64,000 nucleotides of DNA from Saprospiraceae bacterium (GCA_965247965.1 OZ252053.1:1710014-1774013); one strand, 5' to 3'. Shown: positions 9,938 through 20,054, counted from the stretch's first letter. The notes: a model not told the origin generated them from the letters alone. A program made the numbers and translations.

Positions 9938-10348
9938 ATGGCAAAAAATACAAATCCGAGACTACCCGATCTTGATTTTGAAAAACTCAATGTTAAATCT
10001 GATGATTCTACTTCTTTGAAATTTTTAATGCTGGTAGAAGGTGCTTACGGACAGGGTGTGAAGAAAAGCATCAAGAAGTATGGTTATACAGAACAACGGT
10101 ATTACCAATTGTTGAACAAGTTCAAGGAAGATGGTATGGACGCTCTGATCAATCAGAAAAGAGGCCCAAAGAAAAATACTGTTCGTTCTGATAGGGTCAT
10201 CCACCAGATAATCAGACATCGTTTTCTCGATCCGCGAGCCAATAGTGATGTGATCGCCCAAAAGCTTAACCAACAGGGGATCAAAATCAGTAAACGAAGT
10301 GTGGAACGGACTATTCAGGAATATGGTCTTCAAAAAAAAACTCCATAA
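9938..10348 (+). CDS. IS orfA, an HTH-domain transposase accessory protein
   Basis: 136 aa, basic, helix-turn-helix-like. It overlaps orfB across the run aaaaaaaaa at 10326..10334. Confidence 0.6.
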   Translation: MAKNTNPRLPDLDFEKLNVKSDDSTSLKFLMLVEGAYGQGVKKSIKKYGYTEQRYYQLLNKFKEDGMDALINQKRGPKKNTVRSDRVIHQIIRHRFLDPRANSDVIAQKLNQQGIKISKRSVERTIQEYGLQKKTP

Positions 10349-11732
10349 GCTAAATCCCGATAGTCAAAAGCCAATACCTGTTACTGCCCAGCAGACCAAG
10401 AGGGTAAAAAAGAAGATCGTGGTTACCGAACAGAACAATGAACGGTTCATACGCGAAATGTTAGCTCGAAAGGTATCAGGCACTCATTTGGGTCTCTGGT
10501 TATTGATACCGGAATATCTACGACTTGGAGCCTGGGACTTGGTCTGCGGACTTTTCAATAAGCCCGAAGATCACAACCTTTCTGCCCGTATTGGCCTACA
10601 ATTGGTCAATGAAGCAGCAATTTGTCAAAACAGAGTCAGGAAAAGGAATGCTCTGTGCAATCAAGGTTTTGCCCTGGCAAATGGATTGTCCTTTTTGGTT
10701 ACTGACGAAACCATTCATGAGGTACTCGACCGCCATACGATGGCAGAATATGAATCCCTTCAAGTGACATTAAGGCAACTCAGAAATCTGCAAGGACATT
10801 ATGATCCACAAAATATCCTTGCTATTGATCCACACCGCATTCGGTCGTCCACTCAGCGCGTTATGCCAAAGAAGAAAAAAAGACCTTCAGAGCCTGCTCA
10901 CAAAATGCTACAGACTTTCTTCTGTAACGATGCTTTAACGGGACAGCCATTGGCTTTTACCGTTGGATCAAGCGGCAAAACATGCTCAAAGGCCACCTTA
11001 CAGTTGTTAGACCTATTGAAACAATCAGGGGTTGAAAAAGCATTAATAATGGCCGATAAAGAACATTTTACGGTCGATATATTAAACCACATTGTTGATA
11101 ATACCGAAATGGATCTTCTCTTGGCAGTCCCTAATACCAAAAGTGTTGTTCAATGTTTTAATTCATTGGACTATAAGCACCTCTGGGCAGGATATGCCAT
11201 TGGGCAAACTGATTATAAATTGAAAGCATGTCCACATCCTTTTAAACTTATTGTACAACGAACAGGAGAAATACCTCAATATTATTCCTACAAAGCTTTC
11301 TTATCCACTGTGGATAATAACGTAGTCCAATTACTCACTCAAAACTATCCAAAACGTTGGACTATCGAAGAGTTTTTCAATTTTGAAGGAGATATGGGTT
11401 GGAATCGTGCTTCTACCTTTAACCTCAATATCCGGTACGGGAAACAAAGTCTTGCTCTTATTGCACAAGCAGCTACACATCAATTGAAAAACAAACTACC
11501 AAAACCCTATAACCAATGGACTGCTACACACACCGCTACACAAATCCTTACCAATATGGAAGGTGATCTCAGAGTCAAGGACGACACCATCATTGTCACC
11601 TACTATCGGGACTATCTCAACCTTGGTATAGAAAAACATTACCAAAACTTGCCTCGAATCCTGGAACAGGAGGGAATTAATCCCAAAATACCTTGGCTAT
11701 TTGATTTTAAACTCGACTTTCGATTCAAATGA
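10299..11732 (+). CDS. IS orfB, a DDE transposase with an IS4-superfamily-type C-terminal motif (RWTIEEFF). It is probably expressed as an OrfAB fusion by -1 frameshifting
   Basis: 477 aa. The motif KRWTIEEFFNFEG resembles the RWxIExxF signature of IS4/IS5-superfamily transposases. Confidence 0.55.
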   Translation: MWNGLFRNMVFKKKLHKLNPDSQKPIPVTAQQTKRVKKKIVVTEQNNERFIREMLARKVSGTHLGLWLLIPEYLRLGAWDLVCGLFNKPEDHNLSARIGLQLVNEAAICQNRVRKRNALCNQGFALANGLSFLVTDETIHEVLDRHTMAEYESLQVTLRQLRNLQGHYDPQNILAIDPHRIRSSTQRVMPKKKKRPSEPAHKMLQTFFCNDALTGQPLAFTVGSSGKTCSKATLQLLDLLKQSGVEKALIMADKEHFTVDILNHIVDNTEMDLLLAVPNTKSVVQCFNSLDYKHLWAGYAIGQTDYKLKACPHPFKLIVQRTGEIPQYYSYKAFLSTVDNNVVQLLTQNYPKRWTIEEFFNFEGDMGWNRASTFNLNIRYGKQSLALIAQAATHQLKNKLPKPYNQWTATHTATQILTNMEGDLRVKDDTIIVTYYRDYLNLGIEKHYQNLPRILEQEGINPKIPWLFDFKLDFRFK

Positions 11733-11806
11733 CTAAAATAAATTTACCTTCAAAAATCGTTGACGATGTTGTCGGGACAAGCAGTGTAAATTCGTGGACC
11801 TCTAAA

Positions 11807-13015
11807 ATGAACTTTGATTTTAAGGATAAAAAAGTTCTTATCCGGGTGGATTTTAACGTCCCACTCGACGTAAATCTGAATGTCACTGACGATACCAGAA
11901 TAAGAAAGGCGCTACCAACAATTAATCACGTTTTGGATCATGGCGGCAGTGTAATCCTGATGTCTCATTTTGGTAGACCGCTTAAAAAGTTGAATGACGA
12001 TGGCAGTGTAAATTGTAAAAAATTTTCTCTGAAAAATATAACTAATCGCCTCTCTTCACTGCTGGAAAAAGAAGTACAATTTGTATCGGATACGGTTGGT
12101 GAAGAAGTCAAAATGCATACTGCCAATCTAAAACCAGGAGAGGTTCTTCTCCTGGAAAACACGAGATTTTACAATGAAGAAAAGAAGGGTGATAAAGGTT
12201 TTGCAAAACAGCTTTCGGAACTTGCAGATATCTATATCAACGATGCATTCGGAACCGCTCACCGCGCACATGCGTCTACAACTACGGTAGCTCATTATTT
12301 CCAAAAGGAGAATAAAAGTTTCGGGTTTTTGATGCAAGCCGAAATTGAAAATGCCGAGCGCGTTTTGAATTCTCCGGAAAGCCCGTTTATTGCAATATTG
12401 GGCGGAGCTAAAGTATCGGATAAGATACAACTCATCGAAAAGCTGTTGGACTTGTGCGACGACATCATCATCGGAGGAGGTATGAGTTATACTTTTTCAA
12501 AAGCTCTGGGAGGCAGTATAGGCAATTCGCTGTGCGAAGATGACTTCCAGGAATTGGCTCTAAGCGTTTTGGATAAGGCCGTTGCAAAGGGTGTAAATAT
12601 TCATTTACCTAAAGACACAGTAATCGCCGATGACTTCAGTAATGATGCCAATCGAAAAGTAGTCGATGCGGGCAGCATCCCCGATGGTTGGCAGGGGCTG
12701 GACATTGGACATGAGAGTGTAGACTATTTTAAGACTATCGTGTTGAATGCCAGGACTATCATTTGGAATGGTCCGCTTGGCGTATTCGAATTCGACAATT
12801 TTGCTGGTGGGACAAATTCTATTGCGGCAATAGTTGCAGAAGCTACCCAAAATGGAGCCTATTCTCTGATTGGTGGCGGTGATTCCGTTTCGGCAATAAA
12901 TAAGGCTGGCCTGGCCGATAAAGTCAGTTTTGTGTCAACAGGGGGTGGGGCGATGCTGGAATTTTTGGAAGGGAAGGAATTACCGGGGATTAGGGCGATT
13001 CGGGTTGATTCTTAG
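11807..13015 (+). CDS. pgk: Phosphoglycerate kinase
   Basis: The track ORF starts at 11729, but the PGK N-terminus (MNFDFKDKKVLIRVDFNVPLD) begins at the internal ATG at 11807. The upstream extension overlaps the IS end. Confidence 0.9.
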   Translation: MNFDFKDKKVLIRVDFNVPLDVNLNVTDDTRIRKALPTINHVLDHGGSVILMSHFGRPLKKLNDDGSVNCKKFSLKNITNRLSSLLEKEVQFVSDTVGEEVKMHTANLKPGEVLLLENTRFYNEEKKGDKGFAKQLSELADIYINDAFGTAHRAHASTTTVAHYFQKENKSFGFLMQAEIENAERVLNSPESPFIAILGGAKVSDKIQLIEKLLDLCDDIIIGGGMSYTFSKALGGSIGNSLCEDDFQELALSVLDKAVAKGVNIHLPKDTVIADDFSNDANRKVVDAGSIPDGWQGLDIGHESVDYFKTIVLNARTIIWNGPLGVFEFDNFAGGTNSIAAIVAEATQNGAYSLIGGGDSVSAINKAGLADKVSFVSTGGGAMLEFLEGKELPGIRAIRVDS

Positions 13016-13117
13016 TTGATGAATTGGATATCCAGGAGCCGTTGGAAGAACTTCTGTCAATGCTCGATTGATGGATTACTTATTTGATACGAACGTTATT
13101 CTAGCGTATGTACGAAA

Positions 13118-15005
13118 ATCAAAGTTGAGTCCACTCCGATTACCACACATTTTTCAAGCGTACATTTGCCAGCTGCGGCCAAAACCCTGGAATTTTCTTA
13201 AGTGCAATATTGTTGCATAAGCATTCCTGAGGGTTGCGATGATGATATTTGGAAATCCGAGGGTATTTTCGACCAATTTATCGTTAATTCTTCTAAAATT
13301 CGTCCAAAGTACTCGTGACAGGACATAAATTTGACATTTGAATAAACCCCGATATAATATTTTGTTCCTTTTTTTGAGCCGGTGAAAACATTGATGTATG
13401 GTCGATTCCACATTGGCTCTTAGATTGTGGGTGTGCTCATCTAATGTTTCTTGCATCTGTTGAAATAAAAAATAGTTTTCTACTTCATCTTTGGTCATAT
13501 ACCGACCTCGGGTGTCGTGTTTAATGACGTATTTGTTGGTCTTCTCGTTAAACTTTACCGCGCACTGTTCTCCTGTCTTTTTTCGCCATACTTGAAGATT
13601 GTTATTCTCATCTCGTTTCATTGTATAGGCCTGCTTTCCCCCTTTTGTATTAGCTAACTTCCATTCGGGCGTGGTCGTTTCTGACATTGCTTTTCTGTTG
13701 GCCTTGCTGTCGTATCCGCCATCCGTGATGGCCTGTTCTATTTTATTCTTTTCTTGACCTGATTCATCCTTATCTGGATTTAATACATCCTGGATATGGT
13801 CGATAGATTCGATTAAAAACTCGTCTTCTGTAATATTGGCCGGTACTACCTGGGCATCTACGATTAGGTCTATTTCATTTTCTTCTGTACACGTTTCACT
13901 TATGTTGGCATGATAGCCCGATATGGTCTGTTTATTTTCTGCTTTACCTTTAGTACGGTAGGCAGCATCAGGATCATGAATGGACTGCACACTGCCACTC
14001 GATATGTCTCTTGCAGCTTTGGGTCTCGGAGTATTCTCCTGTTTAGTTTGCTGTTCAGATTCATCACAGACCGCGCTGATTTTTGTTTTATCATCAGAGG
14101 CACTCGGAGGTTTTTGCTCATTAGATTCCTCTGATTGTTCTTCATACTGTTCTTCGTAGAGCCGCTTGAGATCTTGGTAGCCTGTCAATCCCGCCGCCTG
14201 GCCATGACTCAAGAGTACCTTTATGATCTTACCCATACCTACTAGCAGTTCCTCTTTTTCTTTTTTGTTTAATGGGTAGACAATATTGGAGGCACTTTGG
14301 CTTTTTAGCTTTTCTAAAAGCTCGCATGATTCTTTATCCAATTGATCTGTAAGCAGTTCTACCATAAGGTCTTTACTGCATACTCGTACAGCTTCGATTA
14401 TCATCTGGACTCGAGTGCAGCGTGCAATATTGGAATTAATCAACTTCGAATCCAATCGTATTTTCTTACCGCTCACCTTGTATTGCTCTATCTGCCCAAT
14501 AGTGATTTGTTTAAATGCCGCCTTCATCAAATCCTCCCCATGGTCTTCATTATACTCTACCATGCTCTGTCTGAACTTATAGTAAGTCGATTCGGTCGGA
14601 ATATCCTCATTTATATTCGAATATCCCATAGCAAGCATGACCCTGGTGTTGAATCGACATTCATCAAAAAGTTGTTCATCAGTCCAACCTTTACCTTCTT
14701 TAAGGATAATCATTCCCATTAAAACTCTAATTGAGCAATTGGGCCGGCCTCCTTGATTATAAAGCACCTCGAACAATCCTTCGTCTATGCGAGATACCAC
14801 TTCTTTAAAAAATATATTATGCCAACCATTTGGATCATCCAGAAGCTCTCGCTTCCGTTCTGATAGCATCCCTCCTATCGATTTGAATAGATCAACTTGT
14901 GAATTTGTACTACGTTTAAACATATCACAAATTAAATATATATGTCATCTTATTGTAATATTTGACATGATTTATGATTTAGTTTTCGGAGTGGACTCAA
15001 AGTTG
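13118..15005 (-). mobile_element. IS1182-family insertion sequence, copy B, complete at ~1.89 kb with ~20 bp imperfect terminal IRs
   Basis: The reverse complement of the right end (caactttgagtccactccga) matches the left end (caaagttgagtccactccga at 13118..13137). Confidence 0.8.
13154..14923 (-). CDS. IS1182-family DDE transposase (589 aa)
   Basis: InsH-like N-terminal domain (GGRPNCSIRVLMGMIILKEGKGWTDEQL) and a C-terminal IS1182/IS5-type motif. Confidence 0.85.
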   Translation of the reverse strand: MFKRSTNSQVDLFKSIGGMLSERKRELLDDPNGWHNIFFKEVVSRIDEGLFEVLYNQGGRPNCSIRVLMGMIILKEGKGWTDEQLFDECRFNTRVMLAMGYSNINEDIPTESTYYKFRQSMVEYNEDHGEDLMKAAFKQITIGQIEQYKVSGKKIRLDSKLINSNIARCTRVQMIIEAVRVCSKDLMVELLTDQLDKESCELLEKLKSQSASNIVYPLNKKEKEELLVGMGKIIKVLLSHGQAAGLTGYQDLKRLYEEQYEEQSEESNEQKPPSASDDKTKISAVCDESEQQTKQENTPRPKAARDISSGSVQSIHDPDAAYRTKGKAENKQTISGYHANISETCTEENEIDLIVDAQVVPANITEDEFLIESIDHIQDVLNPDKDESGQEKNKIEQAITDGGYDSKANRKAMSETTTPEWKLANTKGGKQAYTMKRDENNNLQVWRKKTGEQCAVKFNEKTNKYVIKHDTRGRYMTKDEVENYFLFQQMQETLDEHTHNLRANVESTIHQCFHRLKKRNKILYRGLFKCQIYVLSRVLWTNFRRINDKLVENTLGFPNIIIATLRNAYATILHLRKFQGFGRSWQMYA

Positions 15006-15158
15006 AATGCTAAATTGTTAACAAGCGACAATGATTTTATACATCTCAACGATGTTTTCCTCGACCTCGAAGAGTGAAGGATTCTTTTATCCATATTGAA
15101 GTAAATATGATTTTTTTATGAAATAACAGTATTTCCGGAACGGCTGTGCAATTCCGAT

Positions 15159-17399
15159 TCAATCGGTATTCAATACCTCATCAATCCTGGCCACCAATTC
15201 CTTCGCATGATATTTCATAACCTTATCCGAATGCTTGCTCTTTGCTAAGAGTTTGCGGATTTCGAGAAGGGTTCCGTTGGCCATTGCCCTGATATCGCTG
15301 GTGCTGACCTTGTCCTCCTCGACTTCCAACAAATTGGCCAGCTTATCTACAAATGCACGTTGCAATCCTCTCTTAATCGCGTCTACATTGCCTTTGCCAT
15401 TCCCAAAAATTCCAATCCTTGTTTCCGAAAAGAGTTGGGCAATTCCATATGCCGAAGCACCATTAATTGCTTCATTCTCTCCTACTCTGAGCAATCTGTC
15501 TCCGTTAAAAAGCATATTAATGGTGCGATCCTGCACTTGTCTGATTCTATCTACATGTCCGGCATAATCTATATATGAAAATATCTCCCTATCTATAAGC
15601 CAATTGGGCGTATTGAACAAATGACGAACGAGAAAATTGACGGCCCGTTGTTGCTTCGCTTTTTCAACATGAGTAAATACGGGGCCCTCCTGATCGTATG
15701 TTTTAGTGTATTTGTAAATGCCACCCACATTCCGGGTCACATGTCCGAGATATCGGTTCAATTGGGCAAAGACGTTGCCATAGAGTTCTTCGAGGTCGTC
15801 GTAGTCTTCGCCACTGCGATCTGACCATTCGACGAGTTGAGGTACGATACGTTTGAGGTTTTTGATTCCTAATTCCGAAGCAAGCATAGCATCATGGCCT
15901 AAATCTTCTGTCTGCGAAGTAGGATCAATTCCGCCTCGCGACTGGCGGCCATATCGCTTGGCTGGGTCATCCGCGCGCTCAAGTATCCATTGATGAAGGG
16001 TTTCTTTTTCATCCTCAGCACTATCCGCATCAGGAATATATTTATAACCGTAGATGATCGACCAAACATCATATTCGCCAATCCTCGGATAGAAATTAGC
16101 AATTTCATCCTCCGGTTGGGCTATGTAATTAAATCTAGCATAGTCCATTATCGAAGGAGCCGTTCCATGAGTGTCTGTAAATGTTTTCGAACGCAAAGAA
16201 TCCACGTGGTAGGCCACACTGGAACCCATATTATGGGGCAATCCAAGCGTATGCCCTACTTCGTGAGCGGATACAAACCGGATCAATTCGCCCATAACTT
16301 TATCCTTAAATTTGACACTCCTGGCTTCCGGATTGATAGCCGCTGTCTGGATAAAAAACCAATTGCGCAACAGATTCATTACGTTGTGATACCATAGAAT
16401 ATCGCTTTCGAGTATTTCGCCCGTGCGCGGGTCGTGTACATGAGGGCCCTGTGCATTTTGAATATCGGTACTTATATAACGAATGACTGAATAGCGCACA
16501 TCCTCGGGACTCCAGTCAGGATCATTATCGCGCGACGGCGGATCAGCCGCATAGATGGCATCTTTGAATCCGGCAGCTTCGAAAGCCGGTTGCCAGTCAT
16601 TGACGCCTTGTTTGATGTACGGTTTCCATTTTTCGGGAGTCGCTGGATCAATGTAATAGACTATCGGTTTTTCAGGCTCTACCAGCTCTCCTCTTTTGTA
16701 GGCATCGATGTCTTTGGGGACGAGTTTCCATCTTGTAACGAAGCGTTTACTCGCCGCTTTCTGTTCGTCCATGCTGTAATCGTTCTGGCGAATCGAAAAA
16801 TAACCTACGCGCTCGTCGTACTTCCTGGGCGTCATAGGTTCTTCGGGCAACAGAATAAAGGACTGGTTCATTTGTAGTGATAGGGTCTGTGTAGTATTGT
16901 TATCAGGCAATTTATCGCCGCGATAGGTGAGCACATGTCTCACTTCGACATTTTCGGGAAAAGACTTGATGTATTCGATCAAACTTCGCTTATCGTCCAA
17001 ACCTTTAATGCCAAAATTCTTGCGTTGCTGATCACGAAGCGCGCCTATCATTGCCACATCTTTTTCAAAGAGCGGGTTGACCTGTATCACTACTGAGTTT
17101 TCTTCCCTGCCTAAGCATTTAATATCAAAGACGTGTATGATCGGTTCGAAATTATTATTTACTACAGATTGATAAATTGGATCTTCGTGGCTGGCTACGC
17201 TATTGTACGAAACTGAGCGGAGTAGGATTTTTTCCCCTTTTCTTTGAAACCGGATGACTTGTTGTGGTCTTGATTTCATGCCGGCGCCACCGAAACCTAG
17301 ATTTTTTACAAATCCGGAAATCCGGCTCACTACCAACACCTCTTTCTCCAAAAGGTCATTGGGAATTTCGAAATAGTATTTACCCAGAATGTTGTGCAC
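15159..17399 (-). CDS. Zinc-dependent metalloprotease (DUF5117/DUF4953-type, HExxH). This is the main body; the signal-peptide N-terminus is in a different frame at 17380..17568
   Basis: HEVGHTLGLPHN zinc-binding motif and a ~750 aa family architecture. The upstream frame is open only to 17513. Confidence 0.8.
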   Translation of the reverse strand: MHNILGKYYFEIPNDLLEKEVLVVSRISGFVKNLGFGGAGMKSRPQQVIRFQRKGEKILLRSVSYNSVASHEDPIYQSVVNNNFEPIIHVFDIKCLGREENSVVIQVNPLFEKDVAMIGALRDQQRKNFGIKGLDDKRSLIEYIKSFPENVEVRHVLTYRGDKLPDNNTTQTLSLQMNQSFILLPEEPMTPRKYDERVGYFSIRQNDYSMDEQKAASKRFVTRWKLVPKDIDAYKRGELVEPEKPIVYYIDPATPEKWKPYIKQGVNDWQPAFEAAGFKDAIYAADPPSRDNDPDWSPEDVRYSVIRYISTDIQNAQGPHVHDPRTGEILESDILWYHNVMNLLRNWFFIQTAAINPEARSVKFKDKVMGELIRFVSAHEVGHTLGLPHNMGSSVAYHVDSLRSKTFTDTHGTAPSIMDYARFNYIAQPEDEIANFYPRIGEYDVWSIIYGYKYIPDADSAEDEKETLHQWILERADDPAKRYGRQSRGGIDPTSQTEDLGHDAMLASELGIKNLKRIVPQLVEWSDRSGEDYDDLEELYGNVFAQLNRYLGHVTRNVGGIYKYTKTYDQEGPVFTHVEKAKQQRAVNFLVRHLFNTPNWLIDREIFSYIDYAGHVDRIRQVQDRTINMLFNGDRLLRVGENEAINGASAYGIAQLFSETRIGIFGNGKGNVDAIKRGLQRAFVDKLANLLEVEEDKVSTSDIRAMANGTLLEIRKLLAKSKHSDKVMKYHAKELVARIDEVLNTD

Positions 17400-17568
17400 T
17401 GTAAACAGCCCTTCGTCTGATATCGCCTCCTCTGTGATAATATCTTCGTATGATTTGGCTCGCCGATTCCTTTTTATCGGTATTCTCTCCTGAATCGGAC
17501 TGTCCTTTCCCTTTCATAGAGAACAAAAGGCAAACCATCATGGTCACAATTGACATTAAATATTTCAT
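17380..17568 (-). other. N-terminal signal-peptide fragment of the metalloprotease in the other frame (MKYLMSIVTMMVCLLFSMKGK...). An apparent single-base frameshift lies near 17505..17512 in a cctttcccttt run
   Basis: Both frames encode KGK at the junction. Joining the two gives a signal peptide followed by a contiguous mature protein. Confidence 0.6.
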
Positions 17569-17640
17569 ATTTCACTTTTATTTTCCATAAAACACGGGCC
17601 ATTATTGAACTTGATTCTTGTACTTGACACTTGAACTTGA

Positions 17641-18078
17641 TCAGCCTTCCGGAAATCCACTATCCAGCCAGCACTTAAAAAATTCAAGTTCTTCGGCGGT
17701 CAGGTCATCTTTTAGAGATTCTTCGTAGGTGGACATATTGGGAGGCATGCCAATGACTTCATTATCCTTTTGATCTATGACCCGGCTTTTGACCAGGCCA
17801 TTACTCAGGTCTCTGGATAAGTCGCCGTCGTATTTTGTGTAATTTCCAGGGCCGATACCAGCAGCTCCGTCGTGACACCCAGTATATGAGCAGCTTTCAT
17901 TTATTATGGTGCGAATAGTGGCGTTGTAGGTGATGTTATCCTCACATACATCGGGATTGTCGGCTAACTGATCTCTGCTGCACGCGGTTTGAAACAAAAG
18001 AATCGCTGCAAATAAGATTCGCATAATATAAAATCTGCGCATCAATACATCCTTGTATAGTCGTAAAATAATGCGCAA
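17641..18078 (-). CDS. Hypothetical secreted protein or lipoprotein with a CxxxxCH-like motif (CSYTGCH). The true start is probably an internal Met
   Basis: Hydrophobic N-terminus ILFAAILLFQTACS (a lipobox-like Cys). Confidence 0.45.
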   Translation of the reverse strand: MRIILRLYKDVLMRRFYIMRILFAAILLFQTACSRDQLADNPDVCEDNITYNATIRTIINESCSYTGCHDGAAGIGPGNYTKYDGDLSRDLSNGLVKSRVIDQKDNEVIGMPPNMSTYEESLKDDLTAEELEFFKCWLDSGFPEG

Positions 18079-18093
18079 ACATATGCTATTTTT

Positions 18094-18936
18094 TTACAAT
18101 GCAGACACTTTCGTTTCCAGCTTATCAATCCTCTGAGATCGGATGGAATACCCCAAAAAATCAGTAGCGTGGTCATCAAAATCATCACTGGCACCTGTTG
18201 TCAAAAACTCTACTGATCCTTCTTTGTTACAACGCACGTCAATATCCGGATGGCGTCGCAAATAATCCTCAAGACTTAGTGCTACAATAGCGCCCTGAGC
18301 GATGATATCGACATGGTCTGGTAAATACTCTTTGATCGCCGGATAAAGCAAAGGATAGTGTGTGCAGCCCAGAAGAACAGTGTCTATTTTATGCGATTTG
18401 CGCATAAGGTTGTCCAAATTGCGTCGAATAAAATAACGCGCTCCTTCTGAATCTAATTCATTATTTTCGACTAGCGGTACCCACATAGGGCAAGCTTCCT
18501 GGTACACTTTCACCTGGGGGAAAAGTTTGTTGATCTCCATGATGTAGGATTCTGAGGAGACTGTACCCTTTGTTGCAAATACTCCTACATGCCCTGTACG
18601 AGTTGTCTCTCCTATGGCTTCGGCGGTAGGGCGTATGACTCCCAATACACGAAGGCTTGAGTCGATCCTTGGCAAGATCAGTTGCTGAATATTTTTAAGC
18701 GCTTTTGCCGACGCAGTATTACAAGCCAGAATGATCAACGGGCAACCGCGGTCGATGAGATAGCGTACTGCCTCTAGGGTATACTCGTAAATCGTCTCGA
18801 ATGAGCGGATGCCGTAAGGAGACCGGGCATTGTCGCCTAAATAGACGAAGTCGTATTCGGGCAGGACGTCTATGAATTTTTTTAAAACCGTCAATCCGCC
18901 ATAACCGCTGTCGAATACTCCTATTGGGCCTTTCAA
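18094..18936 (-). CDS. murI: Glutamate racemase
   Basis: 280 aa with VFDSGYGGLTV and the conserved Cys motifs (ACNTAS, GCTHYP). Confidence 0.9.
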   Translation of the reverse strand: MKGPIGVFDSGYGGLTVLKKFIDVLPEYDFVYLGDNARSPYGIRSFETIYEYTLEAVRYLIDRGCPLIILACNTASAKALKNIQQLILPRIDSSLRVLGVIRPTAEAIGETTRTGHVGVFATKGTVSSESYIMEINKLFPQVKVYQEACPMWVPLVENNELDSEGARYFIRRNLDNLMRKSHKIDTVLLGCTHYPLLYPAIKEYLPDHVDIIAQGAIVALSLEDYLRRHPDIDVRCNKEGSVEFLTTGASDDFDDHATDFLGYSIRSQRIDKLETKVSAL

Positions 18937-19077
18937 TGTATTTGCTTGATTCGTTTATTGGCTTAGGAAGTAAATGCTTTAAGACTCTGATTTATTGCAT
19001 GAAAGAGACAATAGGCACTTAGGCTGCTAAACTAATTTGTTTAGGAGCTTTGTATTATCTTTGGTTAAAAGCGTGAA

Positions 19078-19719
19078 ATGATAATTTCGTCTTTATTGAT
19101 CCAGTCGATTCCAACGATTACATTGGATATGCCAGATGCTCCTGGCCCAATAGAATTAAAAATACCCGGCAAACTGAATGAGGATGAATTTCTCGCCTTT
19201 TGCAATGAAAATCCGGATCTACAAATTGAACAAGACAAAAACGGTAAACTTATTATTATGGGTCCGGTAGGATTCGATAGTGGCTATCGTGAAGGACGAG
19301 TATTCAGAGTATTGAGTAATTGGGAAGAAGCGACGGGATTAGGCATGGCAATGAGCTCATCTACGGGCTTCCGACTTCCGGACGGATCAACCTATTCTGC
19401 AGATGGTTCCTGGGTTAGCGATGAAAAAATAGCAGAACTCACACCCGATCAGCGAAAGAGATTTGCGCCTATTGTTCCTGATTTTGTAATAGAAGTACGT
19501 TCTGAGTCCGACGGGATAACAAGGTTGAAAAGAAAAATGGCGAGCGTTTGGATAAAAAATGGTGTGCGATTGGCATGGCTCATCGACCCGGTGAAACAAA
19601 ACGCATACATCTACCGACGAGATGGTGAAGTGGAAACCATCTCTGATTTTGAAAATGTACTTTCAGGAGAAGATGTGTGCGAAGGGTTTGAGTTTGATTT
19701 GAGAATGTTGAGGTCATAA
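19078..19719 (+). CDS. Uma2-family (DUF820) putative PD-(D/E)xK endonuclease. The start is possibly the internal Met near 19129
   Basis: PDFVIEVRSESD and the core motifs of the Uma2 family. Confidence 0.7.
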   Translation: MIISSLLIQSIPTITLDMPDAPGPIELKIPGKLNEDEFLAFCNENPDLQIEQDKNGKLIIMGPVGFDSGYREGRVFRVLSNWEEATGLGMAMSSSTGFRLPDGSTYSADGSWVSDEKIAELTPDQRKRFAPIVPDFVIEVRSESDGITRLKRKMASVWIKNGVRLAWLIDPVKQNAYIYRRDGEVETISDFENVLSGEDVCEGFEFDLRMLRS

Positions 19720-20054
19720 CCGGGAGTTCAATAATTCAACGTTTACCATTTACCATAAATAATAGCTCTACTTAAAATTACCTAGACAATTTTAGGGACA
19801 ACACCTGGGACATTGCGCACTTAATGTTCGACTTAATTCATTGAAAAGCAATGAAATATCTATTTCACCTACAACTTAACGCTTACTCATCGACTAGGAA
19901 ATCGAGAAAAAATATTTTTAATCGTTAATAATCAATCAAGTAATTTCAAGCAGTTGCGCTAATCTGAATATTATTTTAACTTACAGGGACTACGAAAAAT
20001 GTGGCAAAGGAGAGTAAGCTTCGTATTTTTTAATGACTTAATTATGCGCCAACT

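Larger units (their letters stand above)
9701..11778 (+). mobile_element. Insertion sequence of unclassified family (HTH orfA plus IS4-superfamily-like DDE orfB) inserted between gap and pgk. Its ends are either short IRs (aacgatttt) with a 12 bp direct repeat gacgatgttgtc at 9707..9718 and 11762..11773, or IRs that include cccgac
   Basis: orfA/orfB architecture, an A9 slippery run at the orfA/orfB overlap, and flanking repeats identified by eye. Confidence 0.65.

Noticed and set aside
11729-11806. N-terminal extension of the pgk ORF in the track
   Set aside because: The extension overlaps the transposase stop and the IS right end. The conserved PGK N-terminus begins at the ATG at 11807.
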